Shown here: positions 19,479 to 31,612 of the stretch, piece after piece
Layout of the letters: the number at the start of each line of letters is the position of its first letter
Position numbering within the stretch: position 1 is the stretch's first letter
Assembly (NCBI GenBank): GCA_965215605.1
Contig: OZ244070.1
Location: 576,001-640,000, forward strand
Direction: 5' to 3'
Length of the DNA stretch: 64,000 bases
DNA from: an uncultured Candidatus Binatia bacterium
GTDB lineage: Bacteria > Desulfobacterota > Binatia > UBA9968 > JAJDTQ01
Position numbers and translations under genes: made by a program
Notes under the pieces: model-generated
Database searches by the model: none
Told to the model about the DNA's origin: nothing
The model's input: only the letters and a program-made list of their open reading frames with translations

Positions 19479-21043
19479 GGCCGCTTACCTCCATCCGGCG
19501 CGGTGGATGCCACGGCATCCGCCTTGGGGGCTTCCGCGGCCGCGGAGCGCGCCGCCGGGGTCCGGGCCTTGTCGACGAACTCCCGCATCTGGGCCAGCGC
19601 GTTGCCCGACGTGGTCAACACCGGCTGCGGGTAGAGGCCCAGCCCAAGCGTCGCGCCTATGAGGGAGGCCATGACCACCGTCTCCCGGCCGCTGGTGTCA
19701 TCGAGCTTCCAGTCGCCCGTGCTGGCGCCGTAGTAGACCTTCTGCATCATCCACAGGGAATAGACCGTAGCGGCCACGAGGCCCACCGACGCCAGCACCG
19801 TGAGCGGGACGTTGACCTGAAACGCGCCCATGAGCACCAGGAACTCGCCTATGAAGCTGGCCAGACCGGGCAACCCCAGGGAGGCCATGGTGAAGAACAG
19901 GCCCACGCCGCCCATCCGGGGCATCATCGCCCACAAGCCGCCGAAGCTGCCCAGATCGCGGGTATGGGTACGGTGCTGGAGGTCTCCGACCATCATGAAC
20001 AACGCCGCCGCGCTGAAGCCGTGGGACAGCATGATGATGACCGCGCCCTGGAGCGCAAGCTCGTTCCACGCGAAGATCCCCAGCAGGACGAAGCCCATGT
20101 GGCTGATGCTGGTGTACGCCACCATGCGCTTCAGGTCGGTCTGCCCCAGGGCCAGCAGCGCGCCGTAGAGAATGCCCACCACCGCCAGGATCATGGCGAT
20201 GAGGGTGAAGTCGGCGGCGGCCTGGGGAAAGATCGGCACCACGAACCGGAGCATGCCGTAGGCGCCGATCTTCAGCACGAGGCCCGCCAGCGCCACACTG
20301 CCCGCGGTGGGCGCCTGGGTGTGGGCGTCCGGCAACCACGTGTGAAGCGGCACCACCGGCAGCTTGACGGCAAAGGCGACGAAGAAGCCCAGCATGAGCC
20401 ACCACGCGGTGCTCTCCGACAACGGAGTCCCCAGGAGATCCAGGTAGTCGAAGGTCATGACCCCGGTGCTCTGCCAGTGCGCCACCACCAGTCCCAGGAT
20501 GGCCAGCAGCATCAGGAGGCCGCTCCCCTGGGTGATGATGAAGAACTTGGTGGTGGCATAGACCCGGTTCTCGTAGCCCCAGATACCGATGAGGAAGTAC
20601 AGCGGCAGCAGGGAAATTTCCCAGAAGGCGAAGAAGAGGAACATGTCGAAGGCGATGAACACGCCCGACAGAGCGGTCAGAATCAGCAGCAGGTTGAAAT
20701 GAAAGAACCCCACCGACCGCGTCACCGACTTCCAGGACGTCAGCACCGCCAACACCGTCAGGAAGCTGGCCAGCAACAGCAAGAGCAGGCTGAGGCCGTC
20801 CACCGCCAGGTGAAAGCTGATCCCCAGTTGGGGGATCCAGGGCTGCTTGTAGACCATCAGCCACGTACCCTGCCCGGTCTCCACGCGGGCGAAGAAGACG
20901 CCCCAGGTGACCAGCAGCAGCAGCAGGTGCAGCAGCGCCGTCCCAAGCGAGATCCAGCGCGGCCACAGATCGCTCCAGCGTCCGGCAATCCACGCCGCCA
21001 GTCCGCCCGCCAGAGGCAGCAGCAGAATCCAGGCAAGGCTCAT
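19475..21043 (-). CDS. nuoM: NADH-quinone oxidoreductase subunit M
   Basis: Start MSLAWILL overlaps the nuoL stop; VKLPVVPLHTWLPDAHTQAPT. Confidence 0.95.
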   Translation of the reverse strand: MSLAWILLLPLAGGLAAWIAGRWSDLWPRWISLGTALLHLLLLLVTWGVFFARVETGQGTWLMVYKQPWIPQLGISFHLAVDGLSLLLLLLASFLTVLAVLTSWKSVTRSVGFFHFNLLLILTALSGVFIAFDMFLFFAFWEISLLPLYFLIGIWGYENRVYATTKFFIITQGSGLLMLLAILGLVVAHWQSTGVMTFDYLDLLGTPLSESTAWWLMLGFFVAFAVKLPVVPLHTWLPDAHTQAPTAGSVALAGLVLKIGAYGMLRFVVPIFPQAAADFTLIAMILAVVGILYGALLALGQTDLKRMVAYTSISHMGFVLLGIFAWNELALQGAVIIMLSHGFSAAALFMMVGDLQHRTHTRDLGSFGGLWAMMPRMGGVGLFFTMASLGLPGLASFIGEFLVLMGAFQVNVPLTVLASVGLVAATVYSLWMMQKVYYGASTGDWKLDDTSGRETVVMASLIGATLGLGLYPQPVLTTSGNALAQMREFVDKARTPAARSAAAEAPKADAVASTAPDGGKRP

Positions 21044-22947
21044 AGCAAGATCACCAGTCCCACGGTCAGCACCGCCCCCACCGCGATGCCGGTGGCGTAC
21101 CACCGCACCGCCCCGGTCTGGGTCAGGGTGGCCACGAAGTGCAGCATCTCCGTGGCGAAGGCCACGGCGCGGTAGCCGCCGTCGATGAAGTCGTCCTTGT
21201 TGACCCGCGCGCACCACAGGTACGGCTGGACGAAGAGCGTGTCATAGAGCCGATCGAAACCCCAGCCGGAGAGCCACAAGCGCTCCAGGTCGGACGCCCA
21301 CGGTAGCGCGGCGATACGCTGCATGGCGCCGGGCGGTCCCATGACCAGGACCCATACGAGGTAGATGCCGCCGAGAGAGGCGGCAGCGGCCAGCAGCTCG
21401 AACAGGAGCTCGGTGCCGTAGCTCGCGTGGGCGCCGTGAAACTCCGGCAACGCCGTGCTCAGGAAACCGGAAAACAGCGTAAGCTTCCCCATGGTATGGG
21501 GCAGCTCGATGACCCCCGCCACAACGGACAGGACCGCCAGCACCCCCAGCGGGATGTGGACGCAGGGTCCGGGCCGGTGGATGGGCATGAGCTTCTTCAC
21601 CCACTCGGTGGCATCCCGATAGAAAGTCAGGAACACCATCCGGAAGGTGTAGATGGAGGTCAGGAAGGCGCCGGCAAACGCGCCGGCCCAGAGCCAGACC
21701 CCGCCGATCTCCGAGTTGTAGGCGTTCCAGATGATCAGGTCCTTGCTGTAGAAGCCCGCAGTCACCACTGGAACGGCCGCCAGCGCCCCGGAGCCGATGA
21801 GGAAGCACCAGAAGGTAAACGGCATCAGCCGGCGCAGCCCGCCCATGCGGTACATGTCCTGCTCGTGGTGCAGGCACATGATCACCGCGCCCGCCCCCAG
21901 GAACAGCAGCGCCTTGAAGAAAGCGTGGATCATGAAGTGGAACAGCGCCGCGGACCACGCGCCCACCCCCAGGGCCAGAAACATGTAGCCGATCTGGCTG
22001 ATGGTGGAGTACGCCAGCACCCGCTTGATATCGGTCTGCACCAACGCCGCGAAACCCGCCATCAGCAACGTCAACGTGCCGATGACCGCCACCAGCGTCA
22101 GCACCGCCGGCGCCATGGTGAAGAGCACGTGGGTGCGCGCGATGAGATAGACACCGGCCGTGACCATGGTGGCGGCGTGGATCAGGGCGCTCACCGGCGT
22201 CGGACCCGCCATCGCGTCGGGCAGCCAGGTCTGGAGCGGGAGCTGGGCGGACTTGCCCACGGCTCCTCCCAGCAGGAGCAGCGCCACCGCCACCGCCAGG
22301 CCCGAGCCCGGCTGGAACTGCTGGCCGGCCCGCTGCAGCAGCTCCTGGATGTCCAGGGTCCCCAGCTCGGCGAAGAGCAGGAAGAGCGCCATGAGCATGG
22401 CCGTGTCGCCGACGCGGGTGACGATGAAGGCCTTGCTGGCGGCCCGGCCGTTGGCCTCGTCCTTGTAGAAAAAGCCGATCAGCAGGTAGCTGCAAAGGCC
22501 CACGCCCTCCCAGCCGAGCAGCAGCAGCATCAGGTTGTCCGCCAGCAGCAGCGTAAGCATGGCGCACACGAACAGGTTCATGTAGGCGAAGAAGCGGCTG
22601 TAGCCTTCCTCCTCCCTCATGTATTCGACGGAGTAGAGGTGGATCAGGAAACCCACGAACGTCACCACGAAGATCATCGTCAGCGACAAGGCGTCCAGAT
22701 AGAAGGCGAAGGCGGGCCGGAAACCGGCCACGTCCAGCCACACCCACAAGGTCTGGGTAAAGCGAGCTCCCGCGGGCGGCGCCGCCATGAAGCTCAGCCC
22801 CACGACCAACGTGACGACGGCGGAAAGGCCGATGGAGCCCGCACCCACGCAAGCCACCTCGGTGCGCGAGAGCCGCGATCCGACCAGCATGAGGATCAGG
22901 AAGCCCAGGAGAGGAAACGCGGGTATCAGCCACAGCAGCTCGAGCAT
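21040..22947 (-). CDS. nuoL: NADH-quinone oxidoreductase subunit L
   Basis: GKSAQLPLQTWLPDAMAGPTPVSALIHAATMV, HAFFKALLF. Confidence 0.95.
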   Translation of the reverse strand: MLELLWLIPAFPLLGFLILMLVGSRLSRTEVACVGAGSIGLSAVVTLVVGLSFMAAPPAGARFTQTLWVWLDVAGFRPAFAFYLDALSLTMIFVVTFVGFLIHLYSVEYMREEEGYSRFFAYMNLFVCAMLTLLLADNLMLLLLGWEGVGLCSYLLIGFFYKDEANGRAASKAFIVTRVGDTAMLMALFLLFAELGTLDIQELLQRAGQQFQPGSGLAVAVALLLLGGAVGKSAQLPLQTWLPDAMAGPTPVSALIHAATMVTAGVYLIARTHVLFTMAPAVLTLVAVIGTLTLLMAGFAALVQTDIKRVLAYSTISQIGYMFLALGVGAWSAALFHFMIHAFFKALLFLGAGAVIMCLHHEQDMYRMGGLRRLMPFTFWCFLIGSGALAAVPVVTAGFYSKDLIIWNAYNSEIGGVWLWAGAFAGAFLTSIYTFRMVFLTFYRDATEWVKKLMPIHRPGPCVHIPLGVLAVLSVVAGVIELPHTMGKLTLFSGFLSTALPEFHGAHASYGTELLFELLAAAASLGGIYLVWVLVMGPPGAMQRIAALPWASDLERLWLSGWGFDRLYDTLFVQPYLWCARVNKDDFIDGGYRAVAFATEMLHFVATLTQTGAVRWYATGIAVGAVLTVGLVILL

Positions 22948-22948
22948 G

Positions 22949-23257
22949 TCATCCTCTCATCTGGCTGACGGCATCCACGTCCAGGGTGTTGAACCGGTGG
23001 TAGATCTGCACCACCAGCGCCAATCCCACCGCCACCTCGGCCGCGGCCATGGCCAGGATGAAGAAGAACATGACCTGGCCGTCCGGCTGCCCCCAATGGG
23101 CGCCCGCCACCACAAAGGCCAGGGCCGCGGCGTTGAGCATGATCTCCAGGGACAGCAGCACGAAGATGATGTTGCGGCGCACCAGCACACCCGTCAGGCC
23201 CAGCCCGAACAGCACCGCCGCCAGCACGAGGCCGTGCTCCATGGGAACCGCGGCCAT
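22949..23257 (-). CDS. nuoK: NADH-quinone oxidoreductase subunit K
   Basis: [24 protein letters not shown]. Confidence 0.95.
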   Translation of the reverse strand: MAAVPMEHGLVLAAVLFGLGLTGVLVRRNIIFVLLSLEIMLNAAALAFVVAGAHWGQPDGQVMFFFILAMAAAEVAVGLALVVQIYHRFNTLDVDAVSQMRG

Positions 23258-23772
23258 CAGGACTTACCCTCCTCGCCGCCCGACGGCACCCGGCGGCCCA
23301 AGTGAAAAGCTCCCACCAAACCCGCCAGGAGCAGCATGGCGGCCAGTTCCACCCCCAGCACGTAGGGTCCGTAGAGCGCGGCGCCCACGCGTTTGACCCC
23401 GACCGCGGCCGGGGCGCCCGCCGGGCCGGGCTCGACCGCCAGCAACACCAGGAACTCGACGAACAGGACGGCGCAGAGAACCGCCGGCCCCCGCCACGCC
23501 CTGGGCTCGAGCCATTGCCGCTCCCGGGCCGTGGCCTCGGCGCCGAGGTTGAGCATCATGATGACGAACACGAAGAGGACCACGATGGCCCCGGCGTAGA
23601 TGATCACCTCCAGCGCCGCCACGAAGGGCGCTCCCAGCGTGAAGAAGATCAACGCCAGCGACAACAGCGACACGATCATGTACAACAGCGCGTGCACCGC
23701 GTTGGAGCGGGTGATGACCATGGCCGTCGCGATCACCGCAACGATGGCCGCCAGGTAATAGATCAGGGTCAT
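23257..23772 (-). CDS. nuoJ: NADH-quinone oxidoreductase subunit J
   Basis: [20 protein letters not shown]. Confidence 0.95.
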   Translation of the reverse strand: MTLIYYLAAIVAVIATAMVITRSNAVHALLYMIVSLLSLALIFFTLGAPFVAALEVIIYAGAIVVLFVFVIMMLNLGAEATARERQWLEPRAWRGPAVLCAVLFVEFLVLLAVEPGPAGAPAAVGVKRVGAALYGPYVLGVELAAMLLLAGLVGAFHLGRRVPSGGEEGKS

Positions 23773-24284
23773 GGGAGCAGGCTCTTCACGTCCACGGGCT
23801 GGTCCTCGTTCTCCGACGCCCCTTTTTCCTTGCCGCTGATGGCCAAGCCGGCGACCCGGTAGAAGTTGTAGTCGGGATATTTCCCGGGGCCGTCTATCAG
23901 CAGGTCCTCTTTTTCATAAACCAGGCTCTGCCGGTCGTAGTCGCACAGCTCGAAGTCCGGCGTCAGCTGGATGGCATAGGTGGGGCACGCCTCCTCGCAC
24001 AGCCCGCAGAAGATGCAGCGCGAGAAGTTGATGCGGAAGAATTCCGGATAACGCCGGCCGTCCTCCCGTTCCCCGGCCTGGAGGGCGATGCAGTCCACCG
24101 GGCAGGCGGCGGAGCATAGGTAGCAGCCCACGCAACGCTCGTCGCCGTCCGGATCCCGGGAGAGGATGATCCGGCCCCGGTAACGGGGCGGCAGATATGG
24201 CTTCTCCTCCGGATACTGAACCGTCACGGGCCGCCGGAACAGGTGCAGCAGCACCGTCCAAATGGTTCGTAGCATACTCAACAT
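23769..24284 (-). CDS. nuoI: NADH-quinone oxidoreductase subunit I
   Basis: Two CxxCxxCxxxCP ferredoxin motifs; TVQYPEE. Confidence 0.95.
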   Translation of the reverse strand: MLSMLRTIWTVLLHLFRRPVTVQYPEEKPYLPPRYRGRIILSRDPDGDERCVGCYLCSAACPVDCIALQAGEREDGRRYPEFFRINFSRCIFCGLCEEACPTYAIQLTPDFELCDYDRQSLVYEKEDLLIDGPGKYPDYNFYRVAGLAISGKEKGASENEDQPVDVKSLLP

Positions 24285-24294
24285 CGGCGACTCC

Positions 24295-25251
24295 TCAACT
24301 CTTCAATAGCAGCAGCACTCCCGCGGTCACCACCAGGTTCAGCAGCGACAGCGGCAACAGCACCTTCCAGCCGAAGGCCATCAACTGATCGAACCGTGGC
24401 CGGGGCAGCGCCGCCCGCAGCGTGATGAACACCAGAATGAAGAACAGCATCTTCAGCCCGAACCAAACGATGCCCGGCAGCACCGGACCGTGCCAGCCGC
24501 CAAAGAACAGCGTCACGATCATGGCCGAGATCACGGTCACGCCGACGTACTCGCCGACGAAGAACATGCCGAACTTCATCCCCGAGTACTCGGAGTGGAA
24601 ACCCGCCACCAACTCGGCCTCGGCCTCGGGCAGATCGAAGGGCAGCCGATGGGTCTCGGCCAGCCCCGCGATGAAAAAGATCACGAAGCCGAGGAACTGC
24701 GGCACGATGAACCAAACGTTGCTTTGCGCCTCCACGATCTCCCGCAGGCTGAAGGAGCCGGCCAGCAGCACCACCCCCATGAGCGACAGGCCCATGAAGA
24801 CCTCGTAGCTGACCATTTGGGCCGCGGCCCGGAGCCCCCCCAGCAGGGCGTATTTGTTGTTGGAGGCCCAACCCGCCAGCACCACGCTGTAAACGCCCAT
24901 GGAGGACATGGCGAGGAAGAACAGCAGGCCGATGTTGAGGTCGACGACCCCGATGGTCTCGGTGATGGGTATCACGGCCACGGACATGAGCCCGGTGATG
25001 ACGATGACCGACGGCGCCAGGATGAACACGGCCCGGTCCGCGAACGGCGGCACCCAGTCCTCCTTGGTGAAGATCTTGATCATGTCGGCCAGCACGATGC
25101 CAAGGCCCAACGGCCCCACCCGATTGGGGCCGTAGCGGTCCTGCAACAGCGCCAGGAAGCGCCGCTCCAGCCAGATGAGCAGCGCCGCCAGGATCAGCGG
25201 GGCGTTGAGCACCCCCAGAACCACCAGGATCTGTAAAATCACGTCCTTCAC
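24295..25251 (-). CDS. nuoH: NADH-quinone oxidoreductase subunit H
   Basis: [31 protein letters not shown]; GTG start chosen just after the nuoG stop. Confidence 0.93.
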   Translation of the reverse strand: MKDVILQILVVLGVLNAPLILAALLIWLERRFLALLQDRYGPNRVGPLGLGIVLADMIKIFTKEDWVPPFADRAVFILAPSVIVITGLMSVAVIPITETIGVVDLNIGLLFFLAMSSMGVYSVVLAGWASNNKYALLGGLRAAAQMVSYEVFMGLSLMGVVLLAGSFSLREIVEAQSNVWFIVPQFLGFVIFFIAGLAETHRLPFDLPEAEAELVAGFHSEYSGMKFGMFFVGEYVGVTVISAMIVTLFFGGWHGPVLPGIVWFGLKMLFFILVFITLRAALPRPRFDQLMAFGWKVLLPLSLLNLVVTAGVLLLLKS

Positions 25252-25252
25252 G

Positions 25253-27952
25253 TCACACCCTGCGGCACGGACTCCATGCTGGCACGTCAACGCCCCGCAC
25301 GCTGCCCACTCCCATGGGCACCCCGAGCACGCCCGCGGTCATGCCGGCCATGAGACGCGCCGGCAACCGATACGCGGCCCCGTCCAGCTCGATCTCCACG
25401 TACTCCCCTTCCTGCACGCCGAGATGCCGCGCATCCACGGGGTTCAGCGCGGCGTACGGCCCGGGGCTCCGCTGGGCCACGGCCGGCGCGGCCGCGCTCA
25501 ATTCGTCCGAACCGAATATGTGATAGAGCGGCACCACCAGGATCTCGCCGTCACGCCGCTCGAACGGCGCCGGCATGTCCGCGGTGTAGGCTCCGTCCCC
25601 GTCGGAGCCGGGCTCCAGCAACCGAACTCCGGGATCACCCCCGGTCAGCGCGCCGCCCACCTCGGACTGGAACTTGTTCAGGGACTGGACCGAGTTCCAC
25701 CCAGGAGCCCAGAACCGCGTGATGAGCGCCGACGGCGGCTGCTGGGGGGAGCCTTCCATGGAAAACGCCAACGGCGAATGCGGATCGCCGGGCGGCTTGG
25801 GCTCGTGAACGGTGATGTCGGCCTGAACGGCGGTGCGGCCGCTGGCCCGCGGCGACTGGCGCGGCACCTTCTCGCCGTTGACCCGGAACGACGCCGCGGG
25901 CAGGCCTCCGGGCAACGGCGCGAACACCGGCACGGCCCGGGCCAGCGCCGCCAGCAGGGCGTCCGGCGAACCGAGGGTGGAAAGCTCGGCGCGGCCGGCT
26001 GCCCGGGCCAGATCATGCAGCCAGCGCCATGCCGGCCTCGTCTCTCCCTGGGGAACGTAGACCTGGTAGAAACGCTGCGCCCGGCCCTCGTTGCTCACCA
26101 CGGTTCCCTCGGCCTCGGTGAACGCTCCGGCCGGCAGCGCCAGCGCGGCTCCCGCTGTGGTGTCATGGGTGGAATGATCCAACGCCACCACGCGCGCCGA
26201 GGCCAGCAGGGCATCCACCGCCGCCCGGGGAGCCCGGCGATAAAGGTCGTTCTCCAACACGACCACCGTGTCCACGTGCCCGTCGGCCACCGTTTGGAAG
26301 GCCTCCGACGTGTTCATGGCATTCAACAGACCCAGGCCGAAACTGTTGCTCTCCGCGGCGGCGAAACACAGGTCCGCGGGCCGTTCCCGCCCCAGCGCCA
26401 TGGCCACCTGCGCGGCCGCGTCGATGACCGCCTCGCTGCCGCTGCCCGATCCGGACATCACCACCGGCCGCTCGGCCGCCCGCAACGCGCCGGCGATGGC
26501 GCCGGCCAGCTCGCTCTCGCCGTCGGACAACCCATCCACCTCCGGAGCGGTCTCGTCCAGCGCCCGGGCCACGGCGAACCCCAGCCGCGCCACGTCGTCG
26601 GGCGCGCCGCGGTAGCTCGTGGCGGCCACCTCGTCCAGCCGGGTCTCGCCGGTGGCGGCGATATACAGCGGGCCCTTGTCCTGCTGCACGACCCCCCGGA
26701 GGGCCGCGTCATCCCACCTCGGGATCCGCAGCCCCATGGCCTGCCTGCGGGGCGCCTGCTTCACCGCCTGGCGCACGGCCAGGGCCAGCAGCGGCGCGGT
26801 CTGGGTCACGTCCTCGCCCAGAATGAAGACGGCGTCCGCGGACTCCACCTCGCGCAACGACGGCGTCCGGACCCGGCCGCCGCGCAGCACCCGCAGCATG
26901 CGGGCCACCAAGTGGTCCTCCCCGGCGGCCATGCCGCTGAAGAAGTTCCTGGCCCCCACCAGGGTGCGGAGCGCGAAGTTGGACTCCAGCGACGCCCTCG
27001 GCGAGCCGATGCCGATGACCCGCGACTCTCGGCCGAGCAGCGAGGCCCCCCGCTCCAGCGCCTCCGCCGCGCTCGCCGGCCGGCTCTCGCCGCCTTCGCC
27101 CAACCGCGGCTGCCGCAAACGCTTGTCGCCGTTGACGAAGTCGTAGCCGAACCGTCCCCGGTCGCACAGAAAGTAACCGTTGACTTCGGCGTTATAGCGG
27201 TTGAGGACGCGGCGAAGCTGGCCGTAGCGCTCGCCCGCGATGGTGTTGCAACCCAGGCTGCAATGGGCGCACACGGAAGGGGCCGTCTGCAGGTCCCATT
27301 TGCGGGTGTAGTGCTCCTTCAGGGTCTTGTCGGTGAAGACCCCGGTGGGGCAGATCTCCACCAGGTTGCCGCTGAACTCGTTCTCCAGGGCGCCGTCCTC
27401 GTGGCGGCCGAAATAGACGTGGTTGTGCGACGCGAACGCGTCCAGATCCTTGCCGCCCGCGTAGTCACGGTAGTAGCGCACGCAGCGGTAGCAGGTGATG
27501 CACCGGTTCATCTCGTGGTTGATGAACGGGCCCAGTTGCTGGTTGGTGAAGGTGCGCTTGCCGAACCGGTAGCCGCGGTAGTTGTGACCGGTCATCACCG
27601 TCATGTCCTGCAGATGGCACTCCCCCCCCTCGTCGCACACCGGGCAGTCGTGGGGGTGGTTGCTCATGAGGAGCTCGATGATGCCGGCGCGGAACTGCGC
27701 CGCGTCCTTGTCGCGGATGGAGAAGCGCGAGCCGTCCATGGCCGGGGTCATGCAGGCCATGACGATGCGGCCGCGCTGGTCGTTCTCGTCCCGGTACTGC
27801 TTGACCGCGCACTGGCGGCAGGCGCCCACCGAGCCCAACGCGGGATGCCAGCAGAAGTACGGCAGGTCCAGGCCCTTGGAGAGGCACTCCTCCAGCAGGT
27901 TCTTGCCGGGGTCGACCTCGTAGGGCCGGTCGTCGACGTAGATGGTAGCCAT
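25253..27952 (-). CDS. nuoG: NADH-quinone oxidoreductase subunit G (long, ~899 aa)
   Basis: Start MATIYVDD; FCWHP...[30 protein letters not shown] and CAHCSLGC (N7-type cluster). Confidence 0.95.
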   Translation of the reverse strand: MATIYVDDRPYEVDPGKNLLEECLSKGLDLPYFCWHPALGSVGACRQCAVKQYRDENDQRGRIVMACMTPAMDGSRFSIRDKDAAQFRAGIIELLMSNHPHDCPVCDEGGECHLQDMTVMTGHNYRGYRFGKRTFTNQQLGPFINHEMNRCITCYRCVRYYRDYAGGKDLDAFASHNHVYFGRHEDGALENEFSGNLVEICPTGVFTDKTLKEHYTRKWDLQTAPSVCAHCSLGCNTIAGERYGQLRRVLNRYNAEVNGYFLCDRGRFGYDFVNGDKRLRQPRLGEGGESRPASAAEALERGASLLGRESRVIGIGSPRASLESNFALRTLVGARNFFSGMAAGEDHLVARMLRVLRGGRVRTPSLREVESADAVFILGEDVTQTAPLLALAVRQAVKQAPRRQAMGLRIPRWDDAALRGVVQQDKGPLYIAATGETRLDEVAATSYRGAPDDVARLGFAVARALDETAPEVDGLSDGESELAGAIAGALRAAERPVVMSGSGSGSEAVIDAAAQVAMALGRERPADLCFAAAESNSFGLGLLNAMNTSEAFQTVADGHVDTVVVLENDLYRRAPRAAVDALLASARVVALDHSTHDTTAGAALALPAGAFTEAEGTVVSNEGRAQRFYQVYVPQGETRPAWRWLHDLARAAGRAELSTLGSPDALLAALARAVPVFAPLPGGLPAASFRVNGEKVPRQSPRASGRTAVQADITVHEPKPPGDPHSPLAFSMEGSPQQPPSALITRFWAPGWNSVQSLNKFQSEVGGALTGGDPGVRLLEPGSDGDGAYTADMPAPFERRDGEILVVPLYHIFGSDELSAAAPAVAQRSPGPYAALNPVDARHLGVQEGEYVEIELDGAAYRLPARLMAGMTAGVLGVPMGVGSVRGVDVPAWSPCRRV

Positions 27953-27957
27953 GGTCG

Positions 27958-29244
27958 TTACGCTGCGTCGCTCTTGGGTATGAGCTTCTCGAAGTCCTCG
28001 CGAAAATACTTGAGCGCGCTCTGCAACGGCTCCATGGCGCCCGGCGCCAACGCGCAGAACGTATTGCCCGGTCCCATCATCCGGGTCTGCATCTCCAGCC
28101 GCTCCAGGTCGCCGGGCCGTCCCCGGCCCTCCAGGAGCCCCTGCAGGATACGGGCGGTCCACGGCAGACCGTCCCGGCACGGCGTGCACCAGCCGCAGGA
28201 CTCCTGGGCGAAGAAGCGCTCGAGGTTGAGCACCATGCCCACCACCGAGGTCTTGTCGTCCAGGACGACCATGAGTCCGGTGCCCAGCCGGCTGCCCGCC
28301 GCCTGCACCGAGCCGTAGTCCATCTTGGTGTCCAGGTGCTCTTCCACCAGGAAGTCGGTGGAGGCGCCGCCCGGGAGGACGCCGCGGAACTGGTAGCCGT
28401 CCCGCATGCCCCGGGCCCGCCGCTCGAGGATCTCCCGGATGGTCGTGCCCAGGGGCAGCTCCCAGGCCCCCGGCCGTTTCACCTTTCCGCTGACGCCGTA
28501 GAGCTTGGTGCCGCCGTCCTCGCTGCGGCTGAGGCCCAGGTACCACTGGGCGCCGTTACGAAGGATCGGAGCGATATTGCACAGGGTCTCGACGTTCTGG
28601 ACGATGGTGGGCTTGCCCCACAGGCCGCTCACCTGGGGAAACGGCGGCTTGGCCCGGGGATTGGCGCGCTTGCCCTCCAGCGCGTTGAGCAGCCCGGTCT
28701 CCTCGCCACACATGTAACGGCCCGCGCTGGTGTGCAGGTCCAGCTCGAAGCCGTAGCCGGAACCGAGGATGTTCTTGCCCAGATAGCCCTTGTCACGGGC
28801 CTCGGCCAGCGCCCGGGTGATGCGTTCCGCCGCCAGCTTGTAGGCCCAGCGGAGGAAGATGTACCCGTTTGTGGCCTGGATCGTGTAGGCCGCCAGGATC
28901 ATCCCCTCGATGAGGAGGTGCGGGTTGCCCTCCAGCAGCATGCGGTCCTTGAAGGTGCCCGGCTCCATCTCGTCGGCGTTGGCCACGAGGTACTTGGGCG
29001 TGGGCGCGTTCTCGCCCATGGGCACGAAGCTCCACTTCTGGCCCGTGGGGAAGCCCGCGCCGCCGCGGCCACGGAGCCTGGAGTCCGTTATCTCCTTCAG
29101 GACGTCCGCCGGAGTCATCTCCTTGATGACCCTGCGGAGCGCCTCGTAGCCGCCGGCCTTCTCGTAGGCCGCAAGATCCAGCACGCCGCCGTCCGACCGG
29201 AGGTCGCCGGTCAAGGGCCTGTCCATGGATGAACCGTTCGCCAT
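27958..29244 (-). CDS. nuoF: NADH-quinone oxidoreductase subunit F
   Basis: LRGRGGAGFPTG, NADEMEPGTFKD, YMCGEET, ESCGWCTPCR. Confidence 0.96.
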   Translation of the reverse strand: MANGSSMDRPLTGDLRSDGGVLDLAAYEKAGGYEALRRVIKEMTPADVLKEITDSRLRGRGGAGFPTGQKWSFVPMGENAPTPKYLVANADEMEPGTFKDRMLLEGNPHLLIEGMILAAYTIQATNGYIFLRWAYKLAAERITRALAEARDKGYLGKNILGSGYGFELDLHTSAGRYMCGEETGLLNALEGKRANPRAKPPFPQVSGLWGKPTIVQNVETLCNIAPILRNGAQWYLGLSRSEDGGTKLYGVSGKVKRPGAWELPLGTTIREILERRARGMRDGYQFRGVLPGGASTDFLVEEHLDTKMDYGSVQAAGSRLGTGLMVVLDDKTSVVGMVLNLERFFAQESCGWCTPCRDGLPWTARILQGLLEGRGRPGDLERLEMQTRMMGPGNTFCALAPGAMEPLQSALKYFREDFEKLIPKSDAA

Positions 29245-29253
29245 AGCTCCGCC

Positions 29254-29733
29254 TCAAGCCTCCGGCGTTTGCCGGTAGCGGCCGAGTATCTCGTCCACCT
29301 TCTCGTTGTCGAGGTTGCGGTGAAGGTCGCTTCCCACCATCATGGCGGGGCCGCGGTCGCAGGTGCCCAGGCAGGCCATGGGCAGCAGCGTGAACTTCCC
29401 GTCGGCCGTGGTCTCCCCGAACTCCACGCCGAGACGCGTCTTGAGATGGGCGCAGATCTCCTCGTAACCGAGGATCCAGCAACTCACGCTGTCGCACAGG
29501 AGGATGACATTCTCTCCCACCGGCTTGCGGAAAATCAGATTGTAGAACGTGGCCACGCTGTCCAGCGCCTCCGGGCTCATGTCCAGCAGCCCGGCGACTT
29601 CCTTCACGTGTTCGTCCGACACCCAGCGGTGGCCTTCCTGGACGATCTTCAGCGCTTCCACGCACGCGGCCTGCGGGTAGTCGTAGTGGGCCGCCTCCGC
29701 CCTGATCCTCTCGCGTTCCTGTTCCGTCAGCAT
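29254..29733 (-). CDS. nuoE: NADH-quinone oxidoreductase subunit E
   Basis: VATFY, CDSVSC, CLGTC 2Fe-2S ligands. Confidence 0.95.
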   Translation of the reverse strand: MLTEQERERIRAEAAHYDYPQAACVEALKIVQEGHRWVSDEHVKEVAGLLDMSPEALDSVATFYNLIFRKPVGENVILLCDSVSCWILGYEEICAHLKTRLGVEFGETTADGKFTLLPMACLGTCDRGPAMMVGSDLHRNLDNEKVDEILGRYRQTPEA

Positions 29734-29758
29734 GGAAACCTCGCCGTCACGACCCCCG

Positions 29759-31516
29759 TCACCGATCGATGTCCGCCAGCACGAAATCGATGCTCCCCAA
29801 TATCGCCAGCAGGTCCGGCACCATGGTGCCCCGGCTCATGAGCGGAATCATCTGCATGTGGGCGAAGGACGGTGTGCGGATGCGCACCCGGTAGGGGATG
29901 GTGCCGCCGTCGCTCACCAGCCGGTAGCCGTTGTTGCCCTTGGTGGCCTCGATGCCCACGAAGGATTCCCCCGGAGGAATCACCGGACCCCAGCTCACGC
30001 TCAGGAAATGGTTGATGAGCGTCTCGATGTCGTGCATCGTGCGCTCCTTGCGCGGCGGCGTGGTCAGCGGATGATCGGACTTGTAGTGTCCGGGGGGCAT
30101 GTTCTTCAGGCACTGGTCGATGATCCTGAGGCTCTGGCGCATCTCCTCGATGCGCACCACCGCGCGGTCGTAGCAGTCGCCCTGCCGGGCGATGGGGACG
30201 TCAAACTCGAACTGGTCGTAACCCGAGTAGGGCCGCTTCTTGCGGAAGTCCCAGTCGAAGCCGCAGGCCCGGAGCCCGGGGCCGGTCACGCCCCAGTCGA
30301 TGGCCTCTTCCACGGTGTAGGCGCCGATGCCCTGGGTGCGCGCCTTGAAGAGGCGGTTCTGCATCACGATCTTGTCGTATTCCAGGAGCCGGTCCGGCAG
30401 GTAGTCGACGAAGTCGCGCACCATCCCCTGCCAGCCCTTGGGCAGGTCGTGGGCGACGCCGCCGATGCGGAACCAGCTCGGATGCATGCGGCCGCCGCAC
30501 ACCGCCTGGACGATGTCGAAGATCCGCTCCCGGTCGTTGAAGGTGTAGAAGACCGTGGAGAGGGAGCCGACGTCCTGGGCAAAGGTGCCGTACCACACCA
30601 AGTGGCTGGCGATGCGAAAGAACTCGGACATCATCACCCGGATCACCTGGGCGCGGTCGGGCACGTCGATGCCGGCCAACTGCTCCACCGAGAGGACGTA
30701 GGCCAGATTGTTCATGACCCCGCCGAGGTAGTCGATGCGGTCGGTGTAGGGAATGAAGGAGTGCCACGACTGCCGCTCCCCCATCTTCTCCGCGCCACGG
30801 TGGTGGAAGCCGATCTCGGGCAGGCAGTCGACGATCTCCTCGCCATCGAGCTGCAGGATGATGCGGATGACGCCGTGGGTGCCCGGATGCTGCGGTCCCA
30901 CGTTGAGGAACATGAAATCGGTGCCCTCGTGGCTCCGCTTCATGCCCCAGTCCTCGGGACGGAAGCGGAGCGCCTCCTGCTCCCGGTCCTGGCGGTCGTC
31001 GGGAAGCTCGTACGGACCCATCTCCGTGGCCCGGGCCGGATGCTCCTTGCGGAGGGGATGGCCCTCCCAGGTGAGCGGCATGAGGATGCGGCGCAGCGCG
31101 GGATGGCCGTCGAAACGGACCCCGAACATGTCCCACACCTCGCGCTCGTACCAGTTGGCCGAAGGCCAGAGTCCGGTTGCCGTGGGTAGCGAAGAGTCGC
31201 CGTCGGCCAGGCCCACCTTGATGCACAGATCCTCGTTCCGCCCGTAGGAGAGCAGGTGGTAGAGCACGGTGAAATCGCTGTCGGGCTGGCCGTCCCGCTG
31301 CTTGCGGAAGCGTTCGTCGATGGCGGTAAGGTCGTACAGCGTGCCGAAAGGCCGGTCCACCTCGGTCTTGAGAAACTTCAGGACCGCGGGCAGGCGCTCC
31401 CTGGAGGTCCAGAGCGTGGGAAAGTCGCTCCGGGTCTCCTGCGCCGTGAAGGCGCCGGCACCGAAGCGGCCTTCGAGCTCGGTCACCACCGCGGGCGCAT
31501 CACCCATCAGTCGCAC
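29759..31516 (-). CDS. nuoCD: fused NADH-quinone oxidoreductase subunit C/D
   Basis: NuoC part ([20 protein letters not shown]) is continuous with the NuoD part ([26 protein letters not shown]). Start could be GTG 31516 or ATG 31507. Confidence 0.95.
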   Translation of the reverse strand: MRLMGDAPAVVTELEGRFGAGAFTAQETRSDFPTLWTSRERLPAVLKFLKTEVDRPFGTLYDLTAIDERFRKQRDGQPDSDFTVLYHLLSYGRNEDLCIKVGLADGDSSLPTATGLWPSANWYEREVWDMFGVRFDGHPALRRILMPLTWEGHPLRKEHPARATEMGPYELPDDRQDREQEALRFRPEDWGMKRSHEGTDFMFLNVGPQHPGTHGVIRIILQLDGEEIVDCLPEIGFHHRGAEKMGERQSWHSFIPYTDRIDYLGGVMNNLAYVLSVEQLAGIDVPDRAQVIRVMMSEFFRIASHLVWYGTFAQDVGSLSTVFYTFNDRERIFDIVQAVCGGRMHPSWFRIGGVAHDLPKGWQGMVRDFVDYLPDRLLEYDKIVMQNRLFKARTQGIGAYTVEEAIDWGVTGPGLRACGFDWDFRKKRPYSGYDQFEFDVPIARQGDCYDRAVVRIEEMRQSLRIIDQCLKNMPPGHYKSDHPLTTPPRKERTMHDIETLINHFLSVSWGPVIPPGESFVGIEATKGNNGYRLVSDGGTIPYRVRIRTPSFAHMQMIPLMSRGTMVPDLLAILGSIDFVLADIDR

Positions 31517-31612
31517 CCGCTACCCTTTTCCCGTCGAATGCGGCTCGTGTGGTCCATGGTTGAGAACAGAAAATCCTGCGCATCCTTGTCAATGTTTACC
31601 TGGGGCACGACA

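Noticed and set aside
25175-28318. Long antisense ORFs (1047 aa here; also 11993-13945, 49249-51273 and others)
   Set aside because: They are shadows of real genes in high-GC DNA, with no motifs and R/G/H/V-rich composition.
27953-28546. N-terminal extension of nuoG (1097 aa); similar extensions of nuoM, amidase, acyl-CoA ligase and drmMI
   Set aside because: These are alternate-frame read-through over upstream genes, typical of high-GC DNA; conserved starts lie downstream.
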